A DNA stretch of 63,580 nucleotides, filler included, from Guillardia theta CCMP2712 (taxonomy: Eukaryota > Protista > Cryptophyta), in assembly GCF_000315625.1 (NCBI RefSeq). It is 6 parts of 6 records of this genome, joined end to end, with 100 filler letters (N's around TTAATTAATTAA, not from the genome) between each part and the next. Parts side by side here need not be neighbours in the genome. Positions count along the whole stretch, not along the records: positions 35,678 to 61,969 come from NW_005434629.1; 5 more parts are not named here. The stretch is one strand, 5' to 3'. Made by a program: the position numbers and the translations under genes. Positions 38,970 to 52,858 of this stretch are shown here, piece by piece (within the stretch, counting starts at the first letter, position 1; each line of letters opens with the position of its first letter). The notes beneath the pieces were generated by a model that worked only from the letters and a program-made list of their open reading frames with translations, did no database searches and was not told the DNA's origin.

Positions 38970-40050
38970 TTATGATAATGGGCATCCTCTCCGCCAGACC
39001 TTCTCGAATTGTGTGAAATTAAGTCCTGCAAACATGCGTCAGAGGACCTGAAACTCACTCCGTTTCCATTACTTCCGTCGCGATCCTCGTCGAACTCAAA
39101 GAAAATTTCTTCGATTAAGCGCTCGCTGATATGCGGCGCCACTTCTCTGAAGCAAGGCGTTACGAAGGCAGGAGAATGCTGAGGAGGAGGAGGAGACCTG
39201 AAAGCATGTTTGACGTCATCGAGCGTGAGAAAACCTGCAACATCATCATCACTCGTTCATAAAGCCTGTACAATCACAACCAGCAGATCTTCGATCGAAC
39301 GCTTTGAATGCCTGCGGCAACTTCATTCACTGTCCCTCTCTCTCGTGTACAAGCAGCAAGCTCTCCAACACTACCTGCCGAACTTCGTCGACTGAACTGG
39401 ATCCGATGTCGATCTTTCGGCGGAGCATGGCGTCATAGAAGACATCCCATCCAATCTCAAATATCATGTCATGGGTTTTAGCAATGTGTCGTCTCACCTG
39501 CTCCTCTTGCATCGTTTTCTCGCCGAACAAGCGCAAGAGCTCGTATGGTGAGGGCTTGTACCCGAAGAGGTTGATAACTCCCAACTTCGTCTGCATCTTC
39601 ATCACAACAGTGCATCGCAAGATGTCAGAGCACCTGATGGAGATCCAAGAACCCATCCTGGTCCTCATCATATTTGTGGAAGATGGCCTTGACTTCTTGC
39701 ACGAACTTGCAATCCGTGTTAAGGGTTCTTTCCGCTTCAGCCAGTGGCGACATGAATGCGAGGCGAGCGTGACACACACACACACACTGTTGATGGCTGT
39801 GGAGTGTGTCTTGTATTTGGTAGTTCTTGGTGTCAGATGGTTGCTGCTACGTTTCTTTCTCCGTGCATCTGTCCAATCAGCCATTCAGGCTCACACTCCT
39901 ATCCACTCCACACACATCCCAATCGAAAGGGGCATCCTCAGCTTCACCATTCCTACGCAAGAGGTACATCTTTGTTCTCGTTTCTGCTTATGTGATCTTT
40001 CAACATGTTGTCCGGTTCGACTTTGACTTGGAACTGGCTGCTGCTGGCAT
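38970..40050 (-). CDS. EFCAB11: EF-hand calcium-binding protein, EFCAB11-like (start approximate)
   Basis: FHKYDEDQDGFLDLHQ, LFGYKPSPYEL, AFKAFDRRSAGFLTLDDVKHAFREVAPHISERLIEEIFFEFDEDRDG; TAA at 38970-38972. Confidence 0.8.
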
Positions 40051-41051
40051 AAGCGCATGAACCTCTTTTATGCTACCTGGCTGTCTCTGCATCGGAATAT
40101 CAATCTGCAAGAGAAAGGAAGTCTATCTTCAACCATACTCTCATCTATCTTCAACCATCCTTTCATCTATTATCTCTGCTCAATCTCATCATCGCAACCG
40201 TTACACACGTGCACGCCATCTCTTGTTCGGAAGCCCTACCTTCCCGCCATTAGGCTCCTGGCACGTTTGACAAAACATTTCAGTTAAAGATGTCATTGAA
40301 ACGGTTGGTAACGGTTATTGGGGGAGGCGAGATGGGGTGGGGGTGGAGATGGGGTAGGGGGGTAGTCTTGCACCACAAAAATGATTGAAACACCCCTGTG
40401 TAAAAGCAAAACTTCTAAGTAAAGTACTAGGGTGGGTTCTGGTCCTAAGCAAGGGGTACAATTTCGGGCACTTAGGGGTAGGGTCCTTACAATAGCGAAG
40501 AGACAGGCGACGATGGCGACAGCCGCTAAGTCGGCGATGGCCGCGGTTGGATTCTCAGGTGATCCGCAGGAACTGGAGGGCGAGAGAGAGAGAGAACTAG
40601 ATAGTTGCAAGAGATCAAAGGAATGAATCAGGTAGATGACGAGTGCGATATGCTAGTGATCAAGAAGGGAGAACAGAGAGATATTTGGTTTGTCAAATGA
40701 ATAATGTAGACACTGACGGTAGTCGCTGATACAATCTGAATCATATATTGAATGTAATATAAGTAGGAAACGATTTTAGTTGAGAAATGGTATCAAAGAT
40801 AGGAGAAAGAGAATCAATAGCATGAAGATCAAACTTCCTCACGCCAACTTCCAACAATTCTAGAGACAGCAAACAGAATTACAACAGTTGGGTTGGAAGG
40901 TTCCGCGAAAGAGGCCCACTACTACAATGGCGTAGATTTCAGCAACAGGACTTGTGATGTAGAATATTAAAACACAGACACCAGGGCATTGCATGTACAC
41001 CTTTCTAACTGATCTTGAACTGAGTCCCTCGATGCTCACTGAATGTTGCAG

Positions 41052-41971
41052 TCGTGGCCCTCATCGTATGTTTGGCCCTCATCGGGAGTTCAAACTTGTC
41101 GCGCAAGGCAGTGCTGTCGAGCAGGGCTCAGATGCTCCGCACTATCGACCTCAACAAAGACAACAAGGTAAGTCGACATGCGCACGTTCACTCTGCATTA
41201 TCTCACTATTTGGTGTTGGTGCTTCGGCAGAACCTGGACATCGTGAAATATTTGAAGTCAAACAAGGACATCAAGACTCCGCTGCGAAGGCATATGAGAC
41301 GCTTGTCTCCCCAAGAGATTCTTCGGGAGGATTCCAACAATGTGGATGACCTGAGATCTCCCGCTCCCTCCAACCTCCGAGGGCTCGGACCCGATGGGCT
41401 GAGAGATGAAGGGTCAATCTCCGATCTTTACCTCCTGGGCTCTCTGAGCAGAGAAAACAAGGTTGACTCTGCTCGTATGGACGCAGTGGATGCTAGGCAC
41501 AACATTCCGAGGGCGAACTCTTTTTTGGCTAGAAGAAGGAGAGTGCACGACATGGCAACTGCTGAGAGCAGGGTGGACTCGAAGGCTGAGAACCTCTTGT
41601 TCAGCAAGCGCAATCCTGAGCCGTTTCATATGATCAGAGATGGGGAGAGTCAAGCTGGAGGGCCTCCGTCTTGGCACGAGGACAGCTTCAAAGATAAGTT
41701 CTCTACCGCACAGATTCCAATCGCCACCGGCGACAGCTTCAAGAACAAGTTCCATGCGCTGACTGTCAAGTCCAACGACGATGGGAGCTCCAGCGACTCG
41801 GATCAGATGCCTGCTGTTGACTTGGGTGCGGAATCTGACAGCGAGAGATTGGCGGATCCCAACCCAGCACCATTGGCTGCCCCGAGCAAGGGAATCTGGA
41901 TCGAGCCAGGATCGAATAAGGGGTATGACAGCTACGCTCTCGACTCACTGCAGGACAAGCACGCTGCATAG
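41052..41971 (+). CDS. Hypothetical secreted or type-II membrane protein (5' exon uncertain)
   Basis: Hydrophobic VALIVCLALIG, a GTAAGT...CAG intron at ~41168-41230, then a long hydrophilic exon ending in TAG. Confidence 0.6.
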
Positions 41972-42259
41972 ATGCGTTTTAACTTCAACCTTGACAATTC
42001 AACCTTGCTTTGCATGAATGAACATTCCTACCACGTGAGGCTGATTGCTGGAGTGACAGTTAAAGATATGCGCTTGCAGGCAGACCACGACAGTGCAAAC
42101 TTTCTTTCATTTCATGATATTCTCACAGTGTACACCCAAAATTATCACTACATCACATGAACTCCTCAAACTGCTTCCACACTGAACTCGCCCACGTCAA
42201 ACATCTTAACAAGTTTTCATCCTCGGAAAGCCTTCCTCATGCTTTATGTTAACATCCTC

Positions 42260-42862
42260 TCACTTCCCCTGGCTGGAGTTCGAGCTCCCGGTGTCTTGAC
42301 CTGTCACAACTTTGTGTCTATCATGCCAGTCAAGCTTCCAAGCCATCTCATCTCTCTTCCTTCCTTTTTCCACAGCGCTCTGACCACTAGGAACATGTAG
42401 ACCTGTGAGTTTCTTCTGCTCCTCATCGATCAGTTTGCGTGCTTTTATCGCCATCCTGTCAGTCACTTGCTCCAAAGCGTTTCTGCCGCCGATCAACAGC
42501 CGTGAGATGATCTCGGGGTCTTTCTCATAGCGCGCGTCCTCGAACTCCTTCCGAGCGCTCGCCACCAGCTTGTCGCGCCAGATCTTACCGTCTTTGTCTG
42601 CCCATGTGAAGTGCTTGGCTGCCTTGAGGATCTCGCGGTAGAGCTGCAGAGACTCTTTGCGAATCACATCCAACTGGGGTCGAGGTCCCTTGGACAGAGT
42701 CAAATTCTTTCCATACAACAAGCAGATGGATTTCACCTCTTTGACAAGCGTCACAGGGTCTCGGTCCTCAGGAAAGACGACGATACTTCTTTGACAGACA
42801 CGGGAGCAGCTTCTTCGCACGACTAATGCACATGGCCGAAGCCTGTGAAAAAAAGACCACAT
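42260..42862 (-). CDS. LYR-motif (Complex1_LYR) mitochondrial protein
   Basis: ESLQLYREILKAAKHF...ARKEFEDARYEKDPEIISRLLIGG; R-rich presequence-like N-terminus. Confidence 0.88.
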   Translation of the reverse strand: MWSFFHRLRPCALVVRRSCSRVCQRSIVVFPEDRDPVTLVKEVKSICLLYGKNLTLSKGPRPQLDVIRKESLQLYREILKAAKHFTWADKDGKIWRDKLVASARKEFEDARYEKDPEIISRLLIGGRNALEQVTDRMAIKARKLIDEEQKKLTGLHVPSGQSAVEKGRKRDEMAWKLDWHDRHKVVTGQDTGSSNSSQGK

Positions 42863-44154
42863 CTACCACAAGATAATCAGGCCTCATGCACAACACAGGT
42901 CAGAGTCATCTATGCAAAATGCAGCAGATGCACAGAGTTACAGGGGAACGTGTACTTGAAGTGCGCAACCATCTTGTACAACAAAACGTAGGACATGATG
43001 TACAGTTGCCACCATAATTTTCTGGTCCAGTGCGTTGACACTCTCATTTCTTTCCCTGAGGTATTAAACTTGTCTTGTTTCTGCGTTCCCTCTTGTTGGG
43101 TTCCCATCATTCATTGATAATTCGTCGACCTCATTCTCCTCTCTCTTAGTTGTCTATCTCCTCGCTCAGTCTTCTTCCTTGCCTCCCCTCATACCATCCG
43201 TATGCCTCAACTTGTGGTCTGGAACATCTTTCCTCTGGAGGGGTGCTTTGAGTATCAGTTTCATGGGTGGGGGTTCATCACCCCCACCCCTCTTGTTTCC
43301 TACTGATACACCCGTGATTTTGGAAATGCACTCCCATTCCTTTTGTTACTTTGTGGGGGTAGTGGGTGGGTAGTAAATCATCCCCCTCCTATACCAGGTG
43401 ATTGTCCAAAGGCCCTCATCCCCATCCATCAATGTGCCCTCATCCCCCAACCTCCATCGCGAAGAGTCGTTTTTTTTTCGGGAGCGTCGAAGAGTTGTGG
43501 CGGCCCATGGCAGCTTGAGGGAGTTTGGGCGGCGAATGCTCGCTCCTCCTCTGTGCCCGTCCCTCCATGCTCTGATCCCTCTTCATCATGCTATCTTTCA
43601 TATCCCTTCTGCTCCCTTGTTGTCTCCATGTTGTTTTCTTTTTCATGGTCCCACCATTGTATCTCGTCGTTCCGCTCTGTATGGGCGCGGGACATCGAAG
43701 TAATCCGTTGAGAAACTTTCTTGCCTGCAGCTTTTCCTCTTGCTGAATGTCTCATGCTCATTGTCTTGCTCAAATATTCTACATTTTGGTGAAATATTTG
43801 AAAGGATTACTGTAGCTCTCAGTGAGGATGTAAAAAAAAGTGAGATTGGACGTTCTGTCCGATGTTGACTTGATTCTTCCATCAGTAAGTTTTTCATAGC
43901 AATGATGTTCTTCGATGTAGCGTAATTTCAGGTTAATGTATAGCTTCTATCCTCCTTGTCCAAGATAGATCTGAAAGATGTGGGTTCTGAAAACTTGAAA
44001 ATTTCTATCAAATTCTTTACACGACATGCAATTTTTCAAATGGAGAGGTTGTTCGATTAGTTATTTCTTCCACGAGCTTCACCATGCTCAATTGAAATAT
44101 GGCTCTCTCCCTTCTCCCATCCATATTCTGACGTTTCCTGGTGTAGCTTCGAAC

Positions 44155-45522
44155 ATGCCGCAGGAGGAGAGCATCCTGCTAAATGTTAACGAGAAGTACG
44201 GAACCACAGAGACCGAACAGGGCGAGAAGTCCAACCGCAGGGTCAACATGAAGATGGTGGCGGGAGCTGTTGGCCTTGTTGCCTTGGCCATCGTTGGTGT
44301 CGTCACCCTCACGAACAAGGCCTCGTCTAAGACTGCCTTGGCCGATGACGTGGCGAAGAGGCTCGGGTACAGCCTTGAGCGCAAGCCCAGGATGTTCTCC
44401 ATGCTCCAGGGCGAAAACGTCGTCGCACCTGTCCCAGCCATCTCTGCTGTTGCTGGAGCTCACGCTGCTTCTCGTGGAACTGCTGGCGAAGCCAACGCTC
44501 TCGAGTCCCAGATCTCTGACCTCAAGAAGGAAATCCAGGCCATCGCGAACACCAAGGAGCTCGAGGCTAAGCTCCAGGCGAAGATCGCACAGGACAGAAG
44601 GTAGAGAGGAGCGCTGAGTGTGTCAGTGTATTCTGAACATGCTGCAGGAATGACGAGGCCGATGTCGCCCACGAACTCGCTCTCCAGAAGACTCTTGCCG
44701 AGCTCAAGCTCCTCGCCAAGGAGAAGTTCGACCAGATCAACATGGACAAGGAGAAGGAAGGCGGTCTCACTGCTGAGGAGGCAGCTCAGCTGGACCAGCA
44801 GATTTTGGCACTCGAGAACTCTCTCAAGGTCTGCTTGCCTTGATGTTTGAACCGGCAGGTTGTGACGCTGTTGGTCAGGTTCTTGAGAGCAAGATGATGG
44901 AGATCGAGCACGACATCTCGGCCCTTCATGCCCACGAGAAGATGTCCAGGAATGCTGTTGCCGACGGCGAGGCTGTCCTCCATGCCGAGGCTGTCGAGCA
45001 GGCTGAGGAGGAGGCTGCCCATGAGGCGACTGAGGCCGACGAAGCTCTCCTGAACAAGCAGTTGGAGATCGAGTACGCCGACCAGACTGAGATCACCAAC
45101 ATCGAGGCCGAGATCAACGCGGACAAGTCCTTTATCGAGACCCTCAAGAAGCACATCTCCGCCTCCACCTCCCTCTCTGATGCTGAGAAGGCTCAGCTCG
45201 AGGCCGAGCTCAAGGCCGAGGAGGCTGACCTTGCCCGCCTCGAGGCCCAGCTCAAGGACGAGCAGGCCAAGCTCGAGAAGGATGCCGAGGAGGGAGCCAA
45301 GCTTAGGGAGAAGTACGCAGGTGATCAGCTCAGCTGGTGTCCAGCTAAGGTTCTGATCCGATGGCAGGTGACCTTGCGAGGGAGCACTACGATGAGATGG
45401 AGATCTCCATGGACGTCAACGAGATGCACAACATCCTCTTCCCTGCTCCTGCTGCCCCTGCCAAGGCCAAGGATGCCAAGGCCGAGTCGCTCAAGAGCAA
45501 GGGCAAGCCCTCGAAGATGTAA
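44155..45522 (+). CDS. Type-II membrane acidic coiled-coil protein, probably highly expressed
   Basis: MPQEESILL...KYGT...MVAGAVGLVALAIVGVVTL; A/E/K coiled coil; three short introns; strong C/G-ending codon bias; TAA ends at 45522. Confidence 0.8.
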
Positions 45523-45696
45523 GGCAGGGCCCCGAGCTCTCGTCACGTGGTTAAGACGTTTAGAAACGAGTTTTGACGCTCGCATGGCACATGATCGCAG
45601 CTCGTGGGTTGTGCGACCGGGTGTATCTCCAGCTGGTTTTCACGCAGTTAGCGGCAAGTATGCTGAATTCACTTCCCAACAACAAAGAACAAAAAG

Positions 45697-48168
45697 TCAA
45701 AATCGCAGGTTCCTCCCCTCGAACTTGGCGTTTATCTGCAACCACTCTCGTCATCCTCCCTCCCTCCTCTTCCTCCCTCGCCCACCTGCAGCGCGAGGGT
45801 TCGAGTGAACTCCGCGAGTCCATACGCCTGCGGCAAGCTCAGCTCAACGCCGGAAACGTTCTTGCGCTGCCTTCTCAAGGGAGGCCTGCACCTCCTCGGC
45901 CACGTCCTGCCAGGCAACGTCAGCTGCACGCCAGCTGCTCCCGAGCTGGGGCTGCAGGCCTTGAGAGAGCGCGAAGAAATCTTGTCGACGGTCCTGGAGA
46001 CGATGATGTTGGTGAGCTCGAAGAGGACCTTGTTCTCGGCCGGTTGTTGCTGTATCATCAGACGATCAGCGGAAGGGAAGCGAGCATCGCGCTTGCTCTA
46101 CCCTCTTCATCAGCTCGGCCTCAGATAACCCTGCTCCTCCTCCTCCTCCGGGGTCTGCGGGCTTCTTCCCAGAAAGAGGAGGAAGGCGCATTGCGCCTGC
46201 AAACCTTCCAAGAAACCCTGGCTCCTTCAGTCAGCGACTCCACTTGGGGTGTCACCAGCTCTTGCCTTTGCTCTGACCGTCGCTTGCCTTCTGCTGCTCC
46301 TTCTCCGCCTTTTTCTCCGCCTTGATGTCCTCTTTGTCCAGGATTTCTGCAGTAGAGTAGAGGTCATGCCCAGGTAACCTCCTCCTCTCCTCTATCCCTC
46401 TTCCCTCCTTCAACTGCTCCTTCCCATCACTCTCCTGTTCTTCGCCCTTCTTCCTCGTTCTGTGTTCTCATCCCTGCTCCTCTTCTAATTCTTCCCGACG
46501 GCGGCTTCCTCTTTCCACTTACTCGCATCGTCAAACTCTCCGACGCCCAAAAACTTGCCGTTCTCCCATTCCTTCCTCGCACATCAGCCTCGTCGCAGGC
46601 AGCACGCGAGACTTCACCCCATCTTTGACAAGCTTTCTGCTGTAGCTCATTGTTTGACGCGCGTCCTTGCAAACTCTTCAGCAGTGGGACATCGGAGCGT
46701 CAGGTACCTTGCCCTTGAGGCCGATTTCTCGTCCTCTTATTCTCCTTCCCTTGCCTGTCTTTCAAGGTCAACCCGTTGCTCCTTGTGTAACGCGAGCTGC
46801 TCGCACCAGCTCGCCACGTCCCGTGCCCATCTGCTTGCGAGTCTCAGACATCAACAGCACATCCATCCCCGCACTCTCTCCCTCCTCGTCCTCATCCTCT
46901 TCCATGTCTGCCGTCTCTTCGTATGACAACTTTACTCACCCTGATTTCCGTCTCGGAAGCAGCCGATGTAAACATCGCCATTCTTCCATGTTTGTATACC
47001 CCAGCCCTGCCATCCGCTCACTCCCTCACGTTCTTATCGTCGCCTAGCACCATCGGCTTGTCTTGCATCCATCCACCAACGTACTCCTCGAGCAACTCCT
47101 TCACCTGATCGCGTCCGTCGATGTCAATCAAATACCTCCTCAACTTCACATCATTCAATTTCATCGTCATGCGTAGCAGAAGTTGCACCACCACCACCAC
47201 CACCACAACCAACACCAACACCAACACCAACACCAACACCAACACCATCATCATCATCATCACCATCATCATCACCACCACCACCACCACCACCGCGGGA
47301 GAGAAACAAACTTTCTTTACCCATGTCTGCGAGTAGATGTAACTGAGCCAAGTTAGCAACGAGCTGCAACAACAAGTTCTCATCACCTCCCATGTCCTTG
47401 TCGCTGCCCCATGTACCACTCGCCCCTGTACAACCCTCCCAGGCGGAAGGAGGCTTCTCCTATCTGCAGCACATGCTGTGAACCCTCCGCTCATCCCGCT
47501 GCTCATGCAGCAACTCACTCCATGCATCTTGTCCTCCCACCACATCCCGAGATACTTGGAGCCGTTGGCTGCTCCTCGTTCAGTCGACCTTCAACCTCTA
47601 GATCAGCAGCAGCTCCTACCGTACAGCATGATGCCCCTGCCATGCCGCTTGCTCTCCTTCACATCGCCGATATACTGCGAGCCGTCGGGGTACGCGATGA
47701 CGTCCGTCCCTGTCACGTCTTGAGCCTCATACCGAGCAAGAAGGTTCAAACCGTTGACGACTGGGAGGGAGCGGTGGCGCATGAGAGCAGCGAGGTCTGT
47801 GCGATGATCGTAGCATAACTCGCACCTGCACTCACTGAGTGACGGGAGACGAGGCAGTTGATCTCTCACCTCTCATAGTCTTCCTCCAGCGCTCTCCTCG
47901 TCCTCGTCGACTTGGATGCATAGCCATCTGCTGTGTCTGCCTCCTGACATGGCACACGCTCCCAAAGCCTTGCTGGCCCCTTGCTGAAGGCAGTTGAGCG
48001 ATTCGGCGCGACTGGGCGGCCACAGGAGGAGCATCGCCGATGTCGATTCGTGAAGGCGAAGGCTTTGGGAGCACAGCGTGACTGGATGTTGTGCGAAATC
48101 GTTAGCTCTTGTCCCTCCTGCTCATCTCCAGCTGCGCTCTCAGGTCCTTCCTCGTCTGATGACGTCAT
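45697..48168 (-). CDS. MORN-repeat protein
   Basis: YPDGSQYIGDVKESKRHGRGIMLY, GSKYLGMWWEDKMHG, YRGEWYMGQRQGHG, YVGGWMQDK. Confidence 0.85.
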
Positions 48169-49556
48169 TCTCTCTATTTGCTGCAAGGCAGGGAGAACGT
48201 GTTGTCAAACTCCAGGGCAGTACGAGCTGGTCTCACTGACACAACAGCGACCTCAGGCTAGTAGACTGCGATCGGTGTGGCAGGTCGAGGCAGTGCGACT
48301 CAACGTGCGCTTGTCCTGAACCAGCTGGCTTTGTTTCTGTCCTCTCTCGCTCGCTCGCTTCCTCCTCCTCCTCCTCCGTGACTTGCCGTCAAACTGACAT
48401 GCGGTAACTCTAACTTGTTTGGTTTGACTCCTGGTTTGACTCCTCCATGGTATGAGTGGGGATGTGGACCGTTCGACGCACGGTGCACTGCCGCGGCCGC
48501 CGCGGAACAGTGCCATGATACCGGGAGTACGGTCTTTTCAGTACTCAAAGTTATAAGGAGAGTAGAAAACGATCGCTATGTATCTTGGTATCATCGATCA
48601 TCAAAGCTGGAAGATCCTGTCAAGGCGATGATCCGAAATGCTTTGAGCTGAGTCCATTGAAACCACTCAGAGTTCATATCTGAGTATCCGCAAGACGTGA
48701 CCGTGGCCAAGTCGGCTCCCAATTTCTTTGCAACTTGAAAGTTCTTACCCGTGGGTTTCCGAGTCACTAGTAGTTTTGAAGCCGCAGCCAACCCTCATCC
48801 CGGCTGCCCCGTACTAGCCTCCCGGATCCGACCGGCTCCGAAGTTGTCAGTGAAAGTGACAAGAGCCGCTCAACCCCGCGGCGTCGGTGACTGGCACCGT
48901 GGCAGAGTCAGCCAGCCGGCCGGGGCCGGCCGCGGGCCCCGGTCAGGGCCGGGCCTGCAGTGCCGAGTTTACAGCCTGGGCCGCTGCCGTGCCAGCCGCC
49001 CGGGGCCGCTCACTGGCGGCGGGCGGCTCCGGGCTCGGCCGGCCGGGCAGGCGGCCCGGGGCCTGTAACGGATGATCAGATCGTGGAGGGGTTGGCCAGT
49101 TCGCCTTTTTTAACCGCCAATGGCGGGGCAGCCGGGCGGGCGGCGATGAAGCGAAGAAAGTGAGTGAAGATGGAGATGCTCACGCTGCAATGCTGATGTT
49201 GTGATGAGAGATTGACAACTTGACGGTCTCAGAGTGTACGCATCTTCTATGATAGTTTTTTTTTAATGCACACATGAAATGTGTTGTTTCTCATGGAAGT
49301 AAAATTTGTGAAGTCTGTCAATTCTTTGTTGTCGCTCTGTTCTCGCGATGATCAACGTCGTAACGTTTCGATCTGCTCGCACGATCACTGAGAGCAAGAT
49401 GCAGGTTGCTCTAGGTGAAGATGTCAGCAGTTTCCGACGAGGTGACTTGAAACCCGAGGCTCGATTTGCGACGTGACGAGAAGCAGGGAGTCACGTTACC
49501 ACCTCTCGTCGACCAGAGCTTGAGACCTGCCAGTGCATCTGTTCTTCCTGCGTCGA

Positions 49557-52500
49557 ATGCTGAGCGACAGGTTTGTCAGCTCTCAGAGAAGACTGTTTTC
49601 TAAGCCGAGCGTGCAGGAGGAAGAGTATGTTATCCTCCCTCCTATCGACTCGGCGAGTCGCATGTTCGAGCAGTCGCTTGCTAGCAATCAGGTTCAATCC
49701 CCGCATGCAGCGCTCTCAGTCCCTCATGTCAGTCTCAGCTGATCGAGCGAGCGTCGGACGCTAGGACAGCCAAGAGCTCCTATCGAGATGGTGACGACGC
49801 TGACAGCGCTGCCTGACTGCTGATGCTGCCTGCTAATACTCCTTGTGCAGGGGGAAGGGAAGAGTCTTCCTCCTCCTATCGACCACAAGACCTCACAGAG
49901 AGCTCAGACGCGAAGCTCAGCTCGCCCTCAGGGCTGCGGCCGGAGAATGCAGCACAGGAGGCTCATAGGGAGACCGTCGCTGCTTTTCGAGAAGAGAGTG
50001 CGGGCGAGGACTCAGCAGTTGGACTTGAAGGTGATGACGCGAGAGCAGGTTTGCTGAGAACTTAGAGTGTGAGTTGTTCTGACCGACCTTCCCCAGCTGA
50101 GGTTGGAGCAGAGAAGAAGGTAACGGCAGGAGTTGCAGAGGGGAGGGCAGACTTGACGCTGATGGGGAACTTGTCAGGCGGCAAGGAGAGGTCCACTGCC
50201 GTCTCGCCGGAGGGTGCTGGAGGTACATTTTGAAGTTTGCAAACGTTTGATTGAGCATCTCTTGTAGAACACCACTAACAACCAGCCTTTCTCCAACCTG
50301 AGTGAGGAGACGTCCTATCCGCTCCCTTCCTCTCCCTTTGCCCGATCTACTTGCAGGGCCATGACAGCTCCTCCCTCCCTTCCCTTCCCGCCTTCCCCTT
50401 CGAACTTTTCTTCGTGTGTCCATCCAGTTGGTCCCCGTCCTTCTCTTTTACCCACCATCTCCCTTTTGTCTTATCCGTTCGATGCAGACCAGCAAGTGGG
50501 CAAAGTGAGAGAGTCGATCTCTGCAGATCCAACGCAGGTGGAGGAAGGAAGGGATAAGTAGGAATGCCTGACGCTCGTAGATCTCCGTGCACGAGGGCCA
50601 CACGCTGCATGGGAGAGAGACAGCAGAGCAGAGGTTAGAGAGGATACGCAACAGGTAGAGGAGGCTCGATGATCTTCGATGGCTGACTGACATGCTCTCC
50701 AAGTAACATTCGCAAGAGCTTCCGAGATCAAGGAAGGGAAACGCTGGAAGGCAACGTCAGCAATGTGAAGGACTAGCTTACCTCCTTCTTGTCTTCCTGA
50801 TGCTCCTCTTGATGGCAGCTGTCTGATGACATGCAGAGCACAAGGGCCTCCTCGCCCCGGCGTCCGAGGCCAGCAGGTCAGCTGAGAAAGAGCTTGAACA
50901 TGTTTAACTTGTCTTGTTCGTCAGATCACGAGTTCGGCTACAAGACAGAGTTTGAGGTGGCGGACTTCCTCTCGCCTTTTCCTGACGTTGTCTTGTGATT
51001 CTTCTTCCCCAGACGAAATCTCCGGGGCTGAATCAAGACAAAGCGCAGCGGGCAGGGCAGCAGGCGTCTGGTGGTGTAACTGCATGGCCTTTCGTCCCCC
51101 TTACACGCCTCTCAGCTCCCTACGGTAAACTGCAAGGCCATTCGGAAAGCATGGTCGATGTCGATCCCTTCGCAGTGAAAATGCAGGTGGGACGTCAGAA
51201 GCGCGTGGAGGAGAAGCACGGGGGAGGGGCAGTGGCAGCAAGAGTAGCAAGAGCAGTAGTGGAGGGGGAGAAGAAGAAAAGGACAAAAGTAGTAGCTGTA
51301 CTAGCAGTTGTAGGAGGGGAGGAGGGTCGAGGGAAGGAAGGAAAAGGAGAGGGGGGGGGGGGGGAGGAAGAAGGAAGGAGGGGGAGGGGGAGGAGAAATC
51401 TGAGAAGTGACCTGCTGGTTTAGCTGCGTCACATGTTCTTGGGGTTCGTTGACAAGTCGGCACCTGGTGAGTTTCATTTGCTACGGAGAAGGAAAGTGAA
51501 GTCATCAACTTCAGATCTTGAAGAGAAACCTCCCGCTGCTCTGTCGGTCGAGGCCGGTGCTGCTTGACCCTCCTTCAAAGACATTCCTCAATGATTGCAG
51601 GGGATGCTTCCAAGCTCAAGTTCATTGACAATCTACCGGAATGGGTCAAAGGTAAGAGGAAGAGGGCACGAGAGTGAAGGCGGTTGTGGAGGGAGACGAG
51701 GATGATGATGAAGATGAGGGGGACCAGGGGTTGTGGAGGGAGACGAGGATGATGATGAAGATGAGGGGGACCAGGGGTTGTGGAGGGAGACGAGGATGAT
51801 GATGAAGATGAGGGGGACCAGGGGTTGTGGAGGGAGACGAGGATGATGATGAAGATGAGGGGGACCAGGGGTTGTGGAGGGAGACGAGGATGATGATGAA
51901 GATGAGGGGGACCAGGGTTGTGAGAGTGGTGTTGGAAGAGAAGAGGAAGCAGGTTGAAGTTGCAACCCTGATTTGCCGCTTGTTCCAGGGAGTGACGAGT
52001 TTCCTCGAGGAGTTCATGGCGAGGGGAGGAAAGAGGTTCTCCCCAGACTTTCCCTCCATGCTCCTGCTCATGCCTCCTCCTCACGTTTGTGGCTGCCATG
52101 AACTTTGTCATAGTCTGCCAGTTTGGTCTCATTTTCTCTTTCTTTGATCTCTTTCTTTGTTCTCTTTCTTTGATCTCTTTCTTTGATCTCTTTCTTTAAA
52201 CTCTTTCTTGATTTCCTTCGCTCACTTGGCTGTTAGTGGTATGGGCAGGACGGTCATCGAGCAGCGATTGCCAGGATACCAACTTCTGGTGCGCGAACTT
52301 CCAGTGCACCTCCCCTCCCCCGTTTCTCTTGCCTTCCTGCCTCTGCCTCTGCCTCTGCTTTTCGTGCTGCTTGGCTGCTAATGCATCAACAGGATCAAGC
52401 TCAGAGACAGACAGGACGGAGTATCGCCTGCAGGTGCTGCTGACGAGGCGCGAAGGGGGGGAGGTGCTGAGCTCTTGCGCAGCCGGCAACAGCGCATGGC

Positions 52501-52808
52501 TTTGATGTTGGGTTCGAGCGAACCATGGCACATAAGTAGGAAGAGGACGAGGAGGGACGAGGGGCTGATGCTGTTGCTAGTTCCTTGCGGTCGCACGGCA
52601 GTCAGCTGCAGGAGAAAGATCTAGGGGAGGAGAACTTTCAGGTTTCTACCTTTGCCGGAGGTCCCAGGCATCTCACTATGCGCCCACCAGACTCCATCCG
52701 GAGGATATGTTCCTAGCGGCCCCAACCGGTTCTCTTCCTTGCTCTTTCACTTTGCTCCTCGTCGCCTGTCCCACTTTTGCCCTCCTCCTCTTGCAGCCTC
52801 CTTTGAGT

Positions 52809-52858
<50 letters not shown>

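Noticed and set aside
51682-51920. CRISPR-like regular repeat
   Set aside because: Head-to-tail identical units without unique spacers; eukaryotic intron; no cas genes.
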